Positions 9,565 to 20,800 of a stretch of 64,000 nucleotides of DNA are shown here, piece after piece. The notes beneath the pieces were generated by a model that searched no databases, was not told where the DNA came from, and saw only the letters and a list, made by a program, of their open reading frames with translations. The stretch covers positions 1 to 64,000 of the forward strand of contig JAVRCJ020000033.1 of the NCBI GenBank assembly GCA_034530875.2. Reading direction: 5' to 3'. The stretch's first letter is position 1. Every line of letters begins with the position of its first letter. Both the position numbers and the translations under genes were made by a program. The stretch comes from Nostoc sp. DedSLP01. GTDB taxonomy: Bacteria; Cyanobacteriota; Cyanobacteriia; Cyanobacteriales; Nostocaceae.

Positions 9565-11625
9565 GTGGAGAAGGGGACGCTAGTTGAATTTAGAGTTCAA
9601 GCCGATCGTCGTCTGGGGGTCGTAGAACGTCCAGATGGAAAAACCCGTTGGTTTGTGGTAGACGAACGCGGTCAATCCCACAGCCTCGCGCCCAGACAAA
9701 TAACTTATACAGTTAACGGACAAACTTACAAACCGTCGAACATTGCCAGTTTTTTAGAACAGGTCAAGCCTTATTTAGATCCATCTAGCCTAGAAGTAGC
9801 TTGGGAATTACTAGTCGAAGGTGGGGAAACAATCACCCCAAACGAGATGGCAAATCTGCTATTTTCGGAATCAGGTGCCCCTCATTGTTACGCTGCCCAT
9901 TGCTTGTTATCAGATGACAAACTCTATTTCAAGCAAAAAGGAGACGCTTACGAACCTCGAACTGCTGCTCAGGTTGCAGAACGCAAGCACCAGCTAGAAG
10001 TAGAGGCACTTAAAGCTAAGGGACAGCAGGAATTTTTAGCTCGTGTAGAACAGGCGCTCAAAGGCGAACCAGTAGAGTGGCAGCGTCACGATCGCCAGCG
10101 CTTAGAAGGACTAGAAAAGTACGCAGCGCTACTTGCTGATACCGTGCGGATGGGAGTAAATTATGACTCCCTAGCTCGTGCCTATCCTCCCAGCGCTCCA
10201 GTATTAGAAACTATGACCATGCTGGGACGACCTACAACACCCCAAGGAGCGTTTCAACTATTAATTGATTTGGGTTGCTGGAGTCCTCATGAAAATTTGT
10301 TCCTGCGTCGTTCTTCAATTCCGATTCAGTTTCCTCAGAAGGTATTAGAAGTGGCGCAACAACATTTGGATTTCCCGCCGATTGACTCAGATACAAACCG
10401 CTTGGATCTGACTCACCTCAAGGTGTACACAATTGATGATGAAACTACCACCGAAATCGACGATGGTCTGAGTTGGGAAGTCATGGGCGATGGGCGAGAA
10501 CGCCTGTGGATACATATCGCCGACCCCACTAGATGGTTAGTCCCAGAAGATGAATTAGATTTAGAAGCTAGGAAACGCGGTAGTACAGTTTATTTACCCA
10601 CGGGAATGATTCCCATGTTTCCAGAAATCTTGGCAACCGGGCCAATGAGTCTGGTACAGGGGCGGATCTGTTGTGCTTTGAGTTTTGGAGTTGTTTTAGG
10701 TACAACCGGAGCAGTAGAAGATTACAGCATTCATACCAGCTTGATTAAGCCGACTTATCGCCTTACCTACGAAGATGTAGATGAAATGTTGCAATTAGGC
10801 GTACAAGCAGAACCAGAAATTGCAGCGATCGCTATTTGGGCAAATCGGCGCAAGACTTGGCGTTACGCCCAAGGAGCAATTAGCATCAACATGCCTGAGG
10901 CAGCGATTAAAGTCAAAGGCGAAGAAATCAATATTGACATTTTGGACGATTCACCCTCTCGGCAACTCGTAGCAGAAATGATGATTCTTGCCGGTGAAGT
11001 TGCTGCTCGTTACGGTCAAAGACACAACATACCTTTGCCCTTTCGCGGTCAGCCACAACCGGAATTACCTCCAGATGAAGAATTACTCCAGCTACCAGCC
11101 GGATTCGTTCGCGCCTGCGCCATGCGGCGTTGTATGCCCAAAAGTGAAATGAGCATTACGCCTTTGCGTCATGCCGGTTTGGGTTTGGATACCTACACTC
11201 AAGCAACTTCTCCCATCCGCCGCTACAGCGATTTGTTGACTCACTTCCAACTCAAAGCCCACTTGCGCGGTGAAGTTTTGCCATTTTCCGCCGAACAACT
11301 CAAAGAAGTGATGATGACTGTCACCACCATCACTCAAGAAGTGACGATGGTGGAACGGCAAACTAATAGATATTATGCTTTAGAGTATTTGCGCCGTCAT
11401 CCAGAGCAAATTTGGCATGTCACAGTATTAATGTGGCTGCGGGAAGACAGCAACTTAGCCCTAATTTTGTTAGAAGATTTAGGCTTGCAATTACCAATGT
11501 TTTTCAAACGATCTGTGAATTTGGGCGAACAAATATTAGTGAAAGTTACCCACGCCGATCCGCAAAAAGATATTATTCAGTTTCAGGAAATAATTTATCA
11601 AGAAGCCCAAACAGCTGCAAATTAA
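9565..11625 (+). CDS. RNase II/RNB family exoribonuclease
   Basis: TIDDETTTEIDDG, HIAD, LVAEMMILA and TSPIRRYSDL RNB motifs; GTG start. Confidence 0.93.
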   Translation: MEKGTLVEFRVQADRRLGVVERPDGKTRWFVVDERGQSHSLAPRQITYTVNGQTYKPSNIASFLEQVKPYLDPSSLEVAWELLVEGGETITPNEMANLLFSESGAPHCYAAHCLLSDDKLYFKQKGDAYEPRTAAQVAERKHQLEVEALKAKGQQEFLARVEQALKGEPVEWQRHDRQRLEGLEKYAALLADTVRMGVNYDSLARAYPPSAPVLETMTMLGRPTTPQGAFQLLIDLGCWSPHENLFLRRSSIPIQFPQKVLEVAQQHLDFPPIDSDTNRLDLTHLKVYTIDDETTTEIDDGLSWEVMGDGRERLWIHIADPTRWLVPEDELDLEARKRGSTVYLPTGMIPMFPEILATGPMSLVQGRICCALSFGVVLGTTGAVEDYSIHTSLIKPTYRLTYEDVDEMLQLGVQAEPEIAAIAIWANRRKTWRYAQGAISINMPEAAIKVKGEEINIDILDDSPSRQLVAEMMILAGEVAARYGQRHNIPLPFRGQPQPELPPDEELLQLPAGFVRACAMRRCMPKSEMSITPLRHAGLGLDTYTQATSPIRRYSDLLTHFQLKAHLRGEVLPFSAEQLKEVMMTVTTITQEVTMVERQTNRYYALEYLRRHPEQIWHVTVLMWLREDSNLALILLEDLGLQLPMFFKRSVNLGEQILVKVTHADPQKDIIQFQEIIYQEAQTAAN

Positions 11626-11696
11626 TCTTGCTTGAACTGAGGGGCGATAGTCAATCAATCAATTTACAATTTTGTCCGCAATTGCGAATTGTTCGG

Positions 11697-13985
11697 TCAA
11701 TCTTGCATACGAGCAATTACACAGTGTATCACTTTAACTTCATTCACAATTCGCTCTAGTTCTATGGATAAAGGAGTTTGTTCTCGAACAGCTTGTAATG
11801 TGGGAGTAGTTAAAGTATTGGGATTTATGGCAATCTCTGATAATCGGGCAGTATGTAGCTGTTGAATTTGGCCGTGAATTGCTTCGAGATAGCTATCTAG
11901 CGGTGGTAAATGTTGGGGTGGTTGTCGTTGTTGAAGTGCGTCCGCTAAGTTTTCCAAAACTTGAATTATGCTATCAGTGAGTCGATTGAGTTCAGAAAAT
12001 TGGTACTCGCCGCTAAATTCCCGGATATGTTCTGCCAGAGTTGTCACCGAACTAAAAAAGCCACGAATGTATACCATCAACGTCATTACAGGCTCGATTT
12101 CTCCTTGAATGTGACGAGGTTCGCTAAACAATCTTTGAGCTGCGGCGGTGGCGTTGGCGTTTTCTAGCCCAGCTTGATGGCGTAGCATATTAATAGAATT
12201 GGTAGATGCACCGCTTTGTGGATGCAAATAATTAGCTATTACCTGCTGAAAGTAAGCGAGATTTGCTCGAATTGTCTTTTCTAGTTGTGTTGGAAGTTGC
12301 TGTCGTTCCCAACGAGGAAAAAGCAAGTAACTGCCAAGCAGTGCTAAGGCACCTCCAACCAAACTATCAACTATACGCAATATTCCAATTTTCCAGTCAG
12401 CTGCACTAATGAGATTGAGTAGTAAGATGATGGCGGGAGTGAGGAGTATGATGAATATGCTGTAACTCAACGATCGCACTGACATTGCAGTAAACACCAG
12501 CAGCAAAAAACAAATAGCGATCGCTATTTGATTCTTAAGTAATAAAATTACAATTATGCCAATAATTCCACCCAAAATAGTACCGATGACTCTTTGCACT
12601 GTTGTCTCGGAAGTTCCGCCAAAGTTGGGTTTTAGCGCAACTAAAGCTGTTAGAGTTATCCAATAACCTCTAGGTAATTGCAATACCGAGGCTAGCAATT
12701 CAGCAAGCGTTGTTATCAGTGCTAAACGCAACGCATGACGAAATAGGACTGAATCAAAAGTAAAATTATTTCGCAGCGTATCAATAATTGTCGAATTCTG
12801 CGATGGAGTTGGAGGAGAAATATTTTGCTTGCTAAGATGGTATTGCTTTCCCTGTTTGAAATCTATAAAAATCTCTGCATCAATATGAATTTGCTGCGCG
12901 AGGTTTGTCAGGCTGGCTGTAATCTTTTTCAGATTAAGTAATTGAGCATATTCATCTGTGTGAAGGTTGATATTTTGATTGAGAATTTCAGCGCGGGTAA
13001 CTTCCCATTGGTGTTGTAGTGCTTCAATTGTTCGATCTAAATCTCCCAAACGAACTAAGTTTTTTTCTTTGGCAATTGCTTGCGATAATATTTGGACAAC
13101 AATTGCCAACTGTTCTATTGCTTGTTCGATTTCTCTTTGTAACCGAGAATATAGTTGGTCTGTAGATGCGATCGCCAACAATTCAGTTAATGCCACAACA
13201 GAATTGAGAATTTGATTTACATCCTCAATTAACACGAGTAAATAATTTCCCCGCAGGCTAGCTCCTCTTTGCCTAGTCCAAATAGCTGTCCAGACACTAC
13301 GGGCGAATGTCAAATCTTGAATAATAATATCCTGAGCTTGTACAAATCGCTGCGTCCACTCTTGAATATCCTGTGGATTTAATGCCCTTTCCCTTGCTAA
13401 ATCTACAAATTTGCTCAACGAATCATAACATTTAGCAACTGCTTGCTTTGCAGGTGCATCAGGACGCACCACCCACACTACTGATAATAAGACAGTTGTC
13501 CATATTCCACCAGCCAAACAGAGCGCACAGTGTTGGATAAGAGTGGGTAAATTGGAGAAAGAAGCAAATTTAGCAAGGGCGATGACAAACATAATTGAAG
13601 TGACTAAGCTGACAGATGCAGCCACGTTGCCATAAAGACTTGCCAAGCCAGCGATAAATATTACCAAGAACGTCGCCGGGATAGCTAACCAGAGATTACC
13701 GCTAACCAGACTCGCAATAAAAAACACCGCAGTTATACTCATGGTTGCTGCTGTCATTGCGATCGCTTTTTGGCGGTAGGTTCCCTCAACATTTACCATA
13801 CCAACAAACCAAGCAGCCATAGTGGCGATCGCACTTGTCGCAGCATTACCAGTCATAATTCCGACTCCAATGGGTACGCCCAGTATCAAAAGGCTACGTA
13901 ATCCAGAGAAAATGTCAGGCTTACCTGGCTTGAGTTGAAATTGCTGCAACAACCAACCCAGACGACGTTTATCTGTAAATGACAT
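11697..13985 (-). CDS. FUSC/YccS-YhfK family integral membrane protein
   Basis: N-terminal TM block; FRHALRLA, GYWITLT, QRVIGTILG and LFPRWE motifs. Confidence 0.85.
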   Translation of the reverse strand: MSFTDKRRLGWLLQQFQLKPGKPDIFSGLRSLLILGVPIGVGIMTGNAATSAIATMAAWFVGMVNVEGTYRQKAIAMTAATMSITAVFFIASLVSGNLWLAIPATFLVIFIAGLASLYGNVAASVSLVTSIMFVIALAKFASFSNLPTLIQHCALCLAGGIWTTVLLSVVWVVRPDAPAKQAVAKCYDSLSKFVDLARERALNPQDIQEWTQRFVQAQDIIIQDLTFARSVWTAIWTRQRGASLRGNYLLVLIEDVNQILNSVVALTELLAIASTDQLYSRLQREIEQAIEQLAIVVQILSQAIAKEKNLVRLGDLDRTIEALQHQWEVTRAEILNQNINLHTDEYAQLLNLKKITASLTNLAQQIHIDAEIFIDFKQGKQYHLSKQNISPPTPSQNSTIIDTLRNNFTFDSVLFRHALRLALITTLAELLASVLQLPRGYWITLTALVALKPNFGGTSETTVQRVIGTILGGIIGIIVILLLKNQIAIAICFLLLVFTAMSVRSLSYSIFIILLTPAIILLLNLISAADWKIGILRIVDSLVGGALALLGSYLLFPRWERQQLPTQLEKTIRANLAYFQQVIANYLHPQSGASTNSINMLRHQAGLENANATAAAQRLFSEPRHIQGEIEPVMTLMVYIRGFFSSVTTLAEHIREFSGEYQFSELNRLTDSIIQVLENLADALQQRQPPQHLPPLDSYLEAIHGQIQQLHTARLSEIAINPNTLTTPTLQAVREQTPLSIELERIVNEVKVIHCVIARMQD

Positions 13986-14113
13986 TATTTAAGCTAGCGA
14001 CTATAACAAAGCAGATCGCCTCTTACAGCATTCATTTTACCTAAATCTCATAACGTATTTTGGCAATTAGCCCTGAAAATCATTTTGGTTAAAAAATTTG
14101 AGTTTTTCTAAAA

Positions 14114-14209
14114 GCGATTAGAAATCGCGGCTACACAGGCAAAACCTTGATTCTTCATTAGTTCGCACAGGCGGACGAAAGCCTGTGTAGTAGCGAATTA
14201 TATATTCGT
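14114..14209. repeat. GTAG-type REP-like inverted doublet
   Basis: CTACACAGGC (14131-14140) is the perfect inverse of GCCTGTGTAG (14181-14190); each arm carries an outer GCGA...TCG palindrome. Confidence 0.6.
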
Positions 14210-14239
14210 CCAAAACTTATCAAACAACCTTTTAGGTTA

Positions 14240-14369
14240 TATAGGACTCATATTTGATTTTGTGAAAAAAATCAGTACACCCAAACAAGGCTTATTTCCT
14301 ACTCCCTACTCCCCATTCCCTACTCCCTGTCTACACAAATAATTTCATGAATCAAGTCAGATTCTAATA
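14240..14369. mobile_element. 130-bp TA-terminated MITE (IS630-like ends), copy 1
   Basis: Near-identical to 49893-50022 and the same length; ends TATAGGACTC...GATTCTAATA. Confidence 0.8.
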
Positions 14370-14560
14370 ACTGGTGATTGTAGCCCTGATGGTAGCTTTG
14401 CAGCGATCGCACTTTGAAGCGGTGGTACTAGAATCAAAGCAGCGATCGTAATTATTATCGCCGGCAGAATTTGATCGCTCAGTAACATACTCAGACACAT
14501 CAAAGCAGCAAATCCTATCAGCGCCCATTGAACCAGTGTTAGAACTAATTTCATCAGCAT
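14357..14560 (-). pseudogene. Short membrane-protein ORF, probably truncated by the MITE
   Basis: Two hydrophobic helices; the last codons and the stop lie inside the MITE end. Confidence 0.5.
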
Positions 14561-14781
14561 AATTAAAGCAAAATTTCAGCTTGGGTGGACATCAAACCCT
14601 GTTTACATACGAAAATGTACGCTTGAGGATTTTTGTTATGAAATCGTGTAATTTACAGTATTTAGCTGAGTAATTATACTTATATTTTCAGTCCAGGGTG
14701 TTGTTTTCAGTTTTCCCCGAGCATTGGTTTTTCTAACAATTTGATAGATTTAAGGATACCTGCATACATACTCAAAACATT

Positions 14782-15159
14782 ATGGAAAAATGGTTCCGGT
14801 ATTTATTAATATCGACTGCAATCTTTAATTTCTTTGGAGCAGTAATATTTGCGTTACCTATATTTGGTCAACAAGAACTCTCTGGACTACCTGAAAATTC
14901 TCATCCCTTTTATCTGTGGGTCATATCATCTTGGATTTTTTTACTTGGCGTGGGGTACTTGTGGCTGGCTTTTTCTCCCAAGCCTGAGCGATTGTTCGTT
15001 GCAGTCGCCGCCGGAATGAAATTAACCATTGCCCTTTTATTTTTCGCTTTCTGGATGCTTGGCGAACTCAAATCGAATTTTATATTGGCTGGGTGCGGTG
15101 ATTTATTTTTTGGGATCGGTTTTATATACTGGCTATTTAAAACAGTCAATCATTCTTAA
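14782..15159 (+). CDS. Hypothetical 4-TM membrane protein
   Basis: 125 aa, four hydrophobic segments, ATG start. Confidence 0.75.
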   Translation: MEKWFRYLLISTAIFNFFGAVIFALPIFGQQELSGLPENSHPFYLWVISSWIFLLGVGYLWLAFSPKPERLFVAVAAGMKLTIALLFFAFWMLGELKSNFILAGCGDLFFGIGFIYWLFKTVNHS

Positions 15160-15248
15160 GATAGTGTTTTTATCTTGAACTTTCAGAAACTATTTATAGG
15201 GGTTTGTTAATTACATGAGTACATAAATTGTTAGGCGTGCATAGCTAT

Positions 15249-15439
15249 CATGAAGTCAACTTAATATGAAAGCGAAATATGATAAGCATTTCAAAATTTT
15301 TCGATATATTATCTAGATTTTCGATCCCCCCTAACTCCCTTAAAAAGGGGGGAATTACAATCTTTTGCCCCCTTTTTAAGGGGTTGGGGGATCTAAAACC
15401 ACGGTATATTGAGTGTTTGAGCTTAAGTTGACACGAATG
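15249..15439. mobile_element. MITE with CAT...ATG ends and a 9-bp target site duplication (IS4-like)
   Basis: TIR core GTCAACTTAA (15255-15264) / TTAAGTTGAC (15423-15432); CATAGCTAT repeated at 15240-15248 and 15440-15448. Confidence 0.8.
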
Positions 15440-15618
15440 CATAGCTATGCACTTCTACTTGATAGTTCGCAAAAGCGAAAAATTGTATTTTAAGTAATTA
15501 CTAAAAACTCGATTATGTGTGAATATAAGCACTTGATTGTGGCATTATAATGATGTAGTTGAAGTTTTTCTATTTTTATTTTTATATTAGTAGCAAAAGG
15601 ATTTATCGGAGTAAATTT

Positions 15619-15858
15619 ATGAAATCATTGGCACAAGAATTACCATCGCAAAGAACAATTCAAGAAACTCCACCACCTGGGAAAATTCAAGACCCGCTGA
15701 TTGCACGGAGCTTACAAAAAGAGCAGTATATTGGTATTATCGGGATAGCGATCGCCCTGGTTGCCGCTGTAGGTTTTTTTAGCCGCAGAATTGAATACGC
15801 GATTGTCTTTGCGATTTTTCTGAGTGCGATTCTGATTGGTTTCTTTTTATTCGTATAA
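15619..15858 (+). CDS. Small hypothetical membrane protein (2 TM)
   Basis: GGAG before the ATG at 15619; two C-terminal TM helices. Confidence 0.7.
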   Translation: MKSLAQELPSQRTIQETPPPGKIQDPLIARSLQKEQYIGIIGIAIALVAAVGFFSRRIEYAIVFAIFLSAILIGFFLFV

Positions 15859-16030
15859 AAAATTAATTATTTATTATTGAGTATAGGTTATTGTCCTCTG
15901 CAACTTTTTAGATCGGGGGTTAGAAATATAAAACCTGCCCTTTGAAGTTGCAGACAAACCCTAGTGCTTAATTTGTAAATTCACTTTTTCAATATAACCT
16001 TATGATATCAGTAAGTAATTGCCAGTATAA

Positions 16031-16633
16031 ATGAATAAAGCCATCCGTTCATCAGCCCTGACTCGTACACGTTTGATCGAAGCCGCCACACAGGTTTTTG
16101 CCAATTTAGGGGTTCAAGGAGCAACTACCCGTGAAATAGCTCGTGTTGCTGGCGTGAATGAAGTGACTTTATTTCGCCACTTTACTAGCAAAGAACAACT
16201 TTTGGGAGCAGTAATTGAAAATGCTTTTGTACTCCAGACAGAAGCTCTTGCACACCCACAAGCGTGGACGCAAGATTTAAAAATTGATTTAAAACGGTAT
16301 GCCCAGCTTTACAATACAATGTTAGAGACGTATGAAGACTTAATTCGTACCTTCATTGGAGAAGCCAAGCGTCATCCTGAAGCTGCTAGACAAGTAATTC
16401 AAGAAGCTGCTAAGCCTTTAAGACAAAAATTAGTAGCTTATTTGGAATCTAGGCAAAAACGAGGTATCGTTAGAGCAGACTTAGAGGCATTTCCAGCAGT
16501 CGATATGTTTACAGGAATGCTATTAGCTGGAATGCTATGCCGTACTGCAAAATTCAATCAAGGCGACTATAGTCGTGAAGATTATATTGAAACCTGTGTT
16601 GATATTTTTGTGCGTGGTATCAGCATTAGTTAG
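16031..16633 (+). CDS. TetR/AcrR family transcriptional regulator
   Basis: ATTREIARVAGVNEVTLFRHF helix-turn-helix. Confidence 0.93.
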   Translation: MNKAIRSSALTRTRLIEAATQVFANLGVQGATTREIARVAGVNEVTLFRHFTSKEQLLGAVIENAFVLQTEALAHPQAWTQDLKIDLKRYAQLYNTMLETYEDLIRTFIGEAKRHPEAARQVIQEAAKPLRQKLVAYLESRQKRGIVRADLEAFPAVDMFTGMLLAGMLCRTAKFNQGDYSREDYIETCVDIFVRGISIS

Positions 16634-16870
16634 TGTAAGAATTCAGCACTCAGGAGTCAGAAGTCAGAATTGAAAAGCAATAAGTGTATAATTCGTCTAT
16701 TGATTGAGAAGACTTTGACTAAAGTTTCTAACATTCTGACTTCTGGATTCTAACTCCTGAATTCTTATTAATTAGCTAATCATCTCTTGATTTAGCAATG
16801 CCAAAGGCTCTAAGCTATGCACAGTTTCGGATAATAATTAAGGGTGTATATTATTTTTAATAATTTAATT

Positions 16871-17779
16871 ATGTCGCTCGCGCCTTGGATGGGTGAGATA
16901 GCGGCTTTATCTGCTGCTTGTTTATGGTCTGTAGCATCGGTAATTTATGGCTTTTTAGGGCAACAGATTCCGCCACGCCAATTGAATTTAATTAAAGGTG
17001 TAATTGCGATCGCCCTGCTGATAATAACTATATTAATCAAAGGCGAATTTTCCCCAAATCTTACACCTTTGCCTGTATTTCTACTTTTTATTAGCGGTGC
17101 GATAGGCATTGGCTTGGGGGATACAGCCTTTTTAGCGGCGATAAATCATCTGGGAGCGCGTCGAGTTTTATTAATAGAAACCCTAGCTCCACCAATGACA
17201 GCGATCGCAGCTACAATTGTTTTGCAAGAAAGACTTAATATCAGTGCTTGGTGCGGAATTTTATTAACAATTTTGGGCGTTGCTTGGGTAGTAACAGAAC
17301 GAGTTCCCGGTACAGATGATGGTAATTCAACGCATATATGGCAAGGAATCGGCTTTAGTTTATTAGCAGCAATGGCTAATGCTGCTGCCACAGTGATTTC
17401 TCGTTTAGCCTTTGCAATTGCTCCGATTACACCATTGTGGGCTGCTTTATTTCGATTGAGTGCAGCCGCATTCATTCTTTTAATCTGGGCGTGGTTTCCT
17501 AAACGCCAGCAAACTACCTTTACCTATCCCTACTGGCAATCTAGGCGAATAATTTTAGCCAGTATTTTTGCTTCCTTCTGTGGAACCTACTTAGGAATTT
17601 GGTTGCAACAGACAGCCATAAAACTCACAGCAGCGGGAATTGCCTCAACATTATTGCAAACTAGCCCGTTATTTGTTATACCCATCGCTATCCTTATGGG
17701 CGAGAAAGTGAGTTGGAGAGCGATCGCTGGTGTGATAATTGCGATCGTAGGAATCGGATTATTGTTTTACTTGAAATAA
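16871..17779 (+). CDS. DMT/EamA family transporter
   Basis: About 10 TM helices with a duplicated EamA pattern; start uncertain (16844, 16871 or 16889). Confidence 0.88.
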   Translation: MSLAPWMGEIAALSAACLWSVASVIYGFLGQQIPPRQLNLIKGVIAIALLIITILIKGEFSPNLTPLPVFLLFISGAIGIGLGDTAFLAAINHLGARRVLLIETLAPPMTAIAATIVLQERLNISAWCGILLTILGVAWVVTERVPGTDDGNSTHIWQGIGFSLLAAMANAAATVISRLAFAIAPITPLWAALFRLSAAAFILLIWAWFPKRQQTTFTYPYWQSRRIILASIFASFCGTYLGIWLQQTAIKLTAAGIASTLLQTSPLFVIPIAILMGEKVSWRAIAGVIIAIVGIGLLFYLK

Positions 17780-17781
17780 AT

Positions 17782-17807
17782 GTAGAGACGTTGCACTGCA
17801 ACGTCTC
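17782..17807. repeat. GTAG REP-like palindrome between convergent genes
   Basis: GTAGAGACGTTGCACTGCAACGTCTC. Confidence 0.65.
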
Positions 17808-17827
17808 CCTCCCTCTAGGTAAACCAA

Positions 17828-20800
17828 TTAAACAACACTATCTGAGAAAACAAAATCATTGGCTGTCAGGCTATTTGAGTTAATTCCAACTAATAAAACT
17901 AACTCTGCATTTCCTGCTTTCACCAAAGTATTATTCCCCTGTTGCAATAGCGTTAAACCACTAAATTGAGTTACCTCAATACCACCAAGCCCAATCTTAT
18001 CGATACCGATTGTAAAATCGCTGATGATATTCTTGCTAATTGGCAAACTAGCATTAGCAATCCAAAATTGGTCAATACCGCTACCACCATTCAAGCGGTT
18101 ACCACCTTGTTGGCCAGCAAATAGCGCGTCATCTCCATTGCCGCCAAACAACCACTCATTAACATTTGAGAACAGAATATCATCGCCAGAACCGCCAGAT
18201 AAACGATTATTGCTGCCGTTACTAGTGAGCCTATCATTGCCATCTCCACCAAATAATAATTGGCTAGAAGCTTCAATGACTTTGAGAGTATCATCACCAG
18301 CGCCTCCAAATAATTTATTAACGCCACTGGCTTCCACCACAGTAATTACATCATCGCCATTACCACCATCAGCAATGGTGTATTCAGCCGGACTGTTTTG
18401 ACCAATAAATATCTTGTCGTTACCTTCTCCCCCGGATACCGAAGAATTACTACCTACCAGTACAGTGTCATCACCATTTCCAGCTTTGATTGTGTTGCCT
18501 TCAGTACCTTCTACAAAGTCTGCACCATCACGGGCAAAAAATTTTTCTCCTGCCTCAAGTGTGACATTATCGCTGTTATTAGAACCAAATTTGTCCGGTA
18601 AATTAGGCTTTATATTTGTTAGGTTCTTGGGTAGTTCGAGAATACCTAATCTTTCGGCAGGAGTGTTACCTGTAACGTTGAAATCATTATCATTAATCAA
18701 AGCTAAAGTGTTGGGTGCTACCAGCGCCAAACCTTCTAATTTTTCAACTCCGATGTAACCCAACTGAGCAGCATTAGCAATCAAACTTTTGGTTACAGGG
18801 GTAATATTAGCCGCAGCTAATTCCTCAGCGGTTAATTGCTCAATTGTTTTACCAGTTGGCAAAGTAAATTTAGCAGGGTTGTTAATATTAGTTGCCCCAG
18901 CTAAATCAATTTGATAAATTAATTTATTGCCAACAGATGTACCATTATCATCGCGTTCGACTACCGCAAATTTGCCATTACCCAAGGAAACTGCATCGCC
19001 AATTTTATCAGTTCCCGGTAAACCTTCTAAACGATATAAATATTCTCCTGTGACCTGCTTAGTGAAAATATTAAACTCTAAAATTCGCAGATTCAAAGAA
19101 GCTTTAGAAGTCGCATCGTTAGCAACATCTGGATTATCAATTGGACTTTGAATAAAGGCATATAATTTATTACCTTCCAAAGCCACAGCTTCAAATCCGC
19201 GATTATTGCGGCGTTGGGCATAAACTGCTGGCAATACCTCAATACCAAAAGTTCCGGCTGGCTGGTCTGGGTTGGGTGCAGTGGCAGTTCCTTGAGGAAT
19301 AAATCGCTCAATCAGTTTACCATTACTATCAAAATGGTAAATCGCAGGACGATATTCATCCACCATCCAATAATCACCATTTTTGGCAATGACAATTCCT
19401 TCTAAATCAGCACCCAAAGGATCGTTAGCTAAAACATTGTTGTTTAAATCAACAGCAATTTCATCTGTATAAGCTAAACCGTTTCCTACACCTTGCAGAT
19501 TAGGTAATCCCGTTAATGGCGTCGTTCCATCTTGGCACAATAATTTTGTTCTCTTGGTGATGATAATTTCACCTGTGGTACGGTTGAGTTCAAAGCTAAC
19601 TATTTCTGGCTGAAAGTCGGGTAAGAAAAATGGTCTGTTTGAACCATTAGCTTCTCCATTGGGGCCGCGGTCTGTATGGGTGATAAATTTTAGGTTGCCA
19701 TTTGCAGCAATTCCTTGAAAATACAACCCAGAAAAACCACCCAAGAAAATATCTTGATTTTGAGAAGTGGTACCTAACTTGGGTAAATTTGCAAAATCAT
19801 AGATAGTCAGCTTGGGTTGGGCAACAGGATTCCGAGGATTGTAACTAGTGGTATCAATCTTTAAAGGATTGCCAAAGGCATTAGCAATATTTTCCCACGG
19901 TACGAGTTTGAAGTTAGAACTGATATTTTCTTGTTCGCCTTCATCGTTGACTATTTTGCCTGGTTCATTGGAGCCATCTTGCGTTACGAATAAACCAAAT
20001 GGGAAGTTAGGCCCTAACGGTACGTTAATGACATCTGCACCGTCTGACTCTTGTACGCTGTCAATTGTCCCATTGTTACCAACGGCGAAGTTACCTATAT
20101 ATTCGTTGTTACCTTCACGGGTATAGGCAACAAAGGTGTTATCGCCTTGGCTGGATGCTAGTAAGTAGCCTGTGCCATTTTTGCCGTAATAAATGGTCAA
20201 TCCTTCTACATCGTTGGTGAGGTGACTACCGCCCAAATCTCTAACTTTATCAATTAGCTTGCCAGTGGTGTCGCCGTTTGGTTCTGCTTGAAACTTCCAA
20301 ATTCCTACATCTTCTTGACCGATGTAAAGGAAACCAGTTTGCTGGTCTACCACCATGCCCTCAGTTTGAGGTTCGCGTTCCTCAACTGTCGGTACAGTAA
20401 ATTCTCGTACTCGTTCGATGCCAATTTTACCGTTACCCTTATCAACGAGTTTATACTGAGCCACATCTCCAGTTTCCCGGCGATTGACAAAGACGTAGTA
20501 ATCATTGGTAATTGGACTGCGGTACAACGCCAGCCCGTAAGCACTACGAGAAGATGAAGAATAAGGTGCTGCAAAAGGTAGCCCTTGGAAAAGAGTGCCA
20601 ATGCTGCTATCGGTAATGTCTTCTAGATATTGTCCTGGAGTGGTGGGGTTGGGGTTAATTTTGAAGATTGCTAGTTTATCATTTTGGCGATCGCTAGCTA
20701 CCGCAATATCTATCGATTGATTGCCTAATTTAAAACCGTATTGTAAATCAATATTGTTGTAGCGAATACCACCGGGATTCACTGTTTGCAACAAATTACC

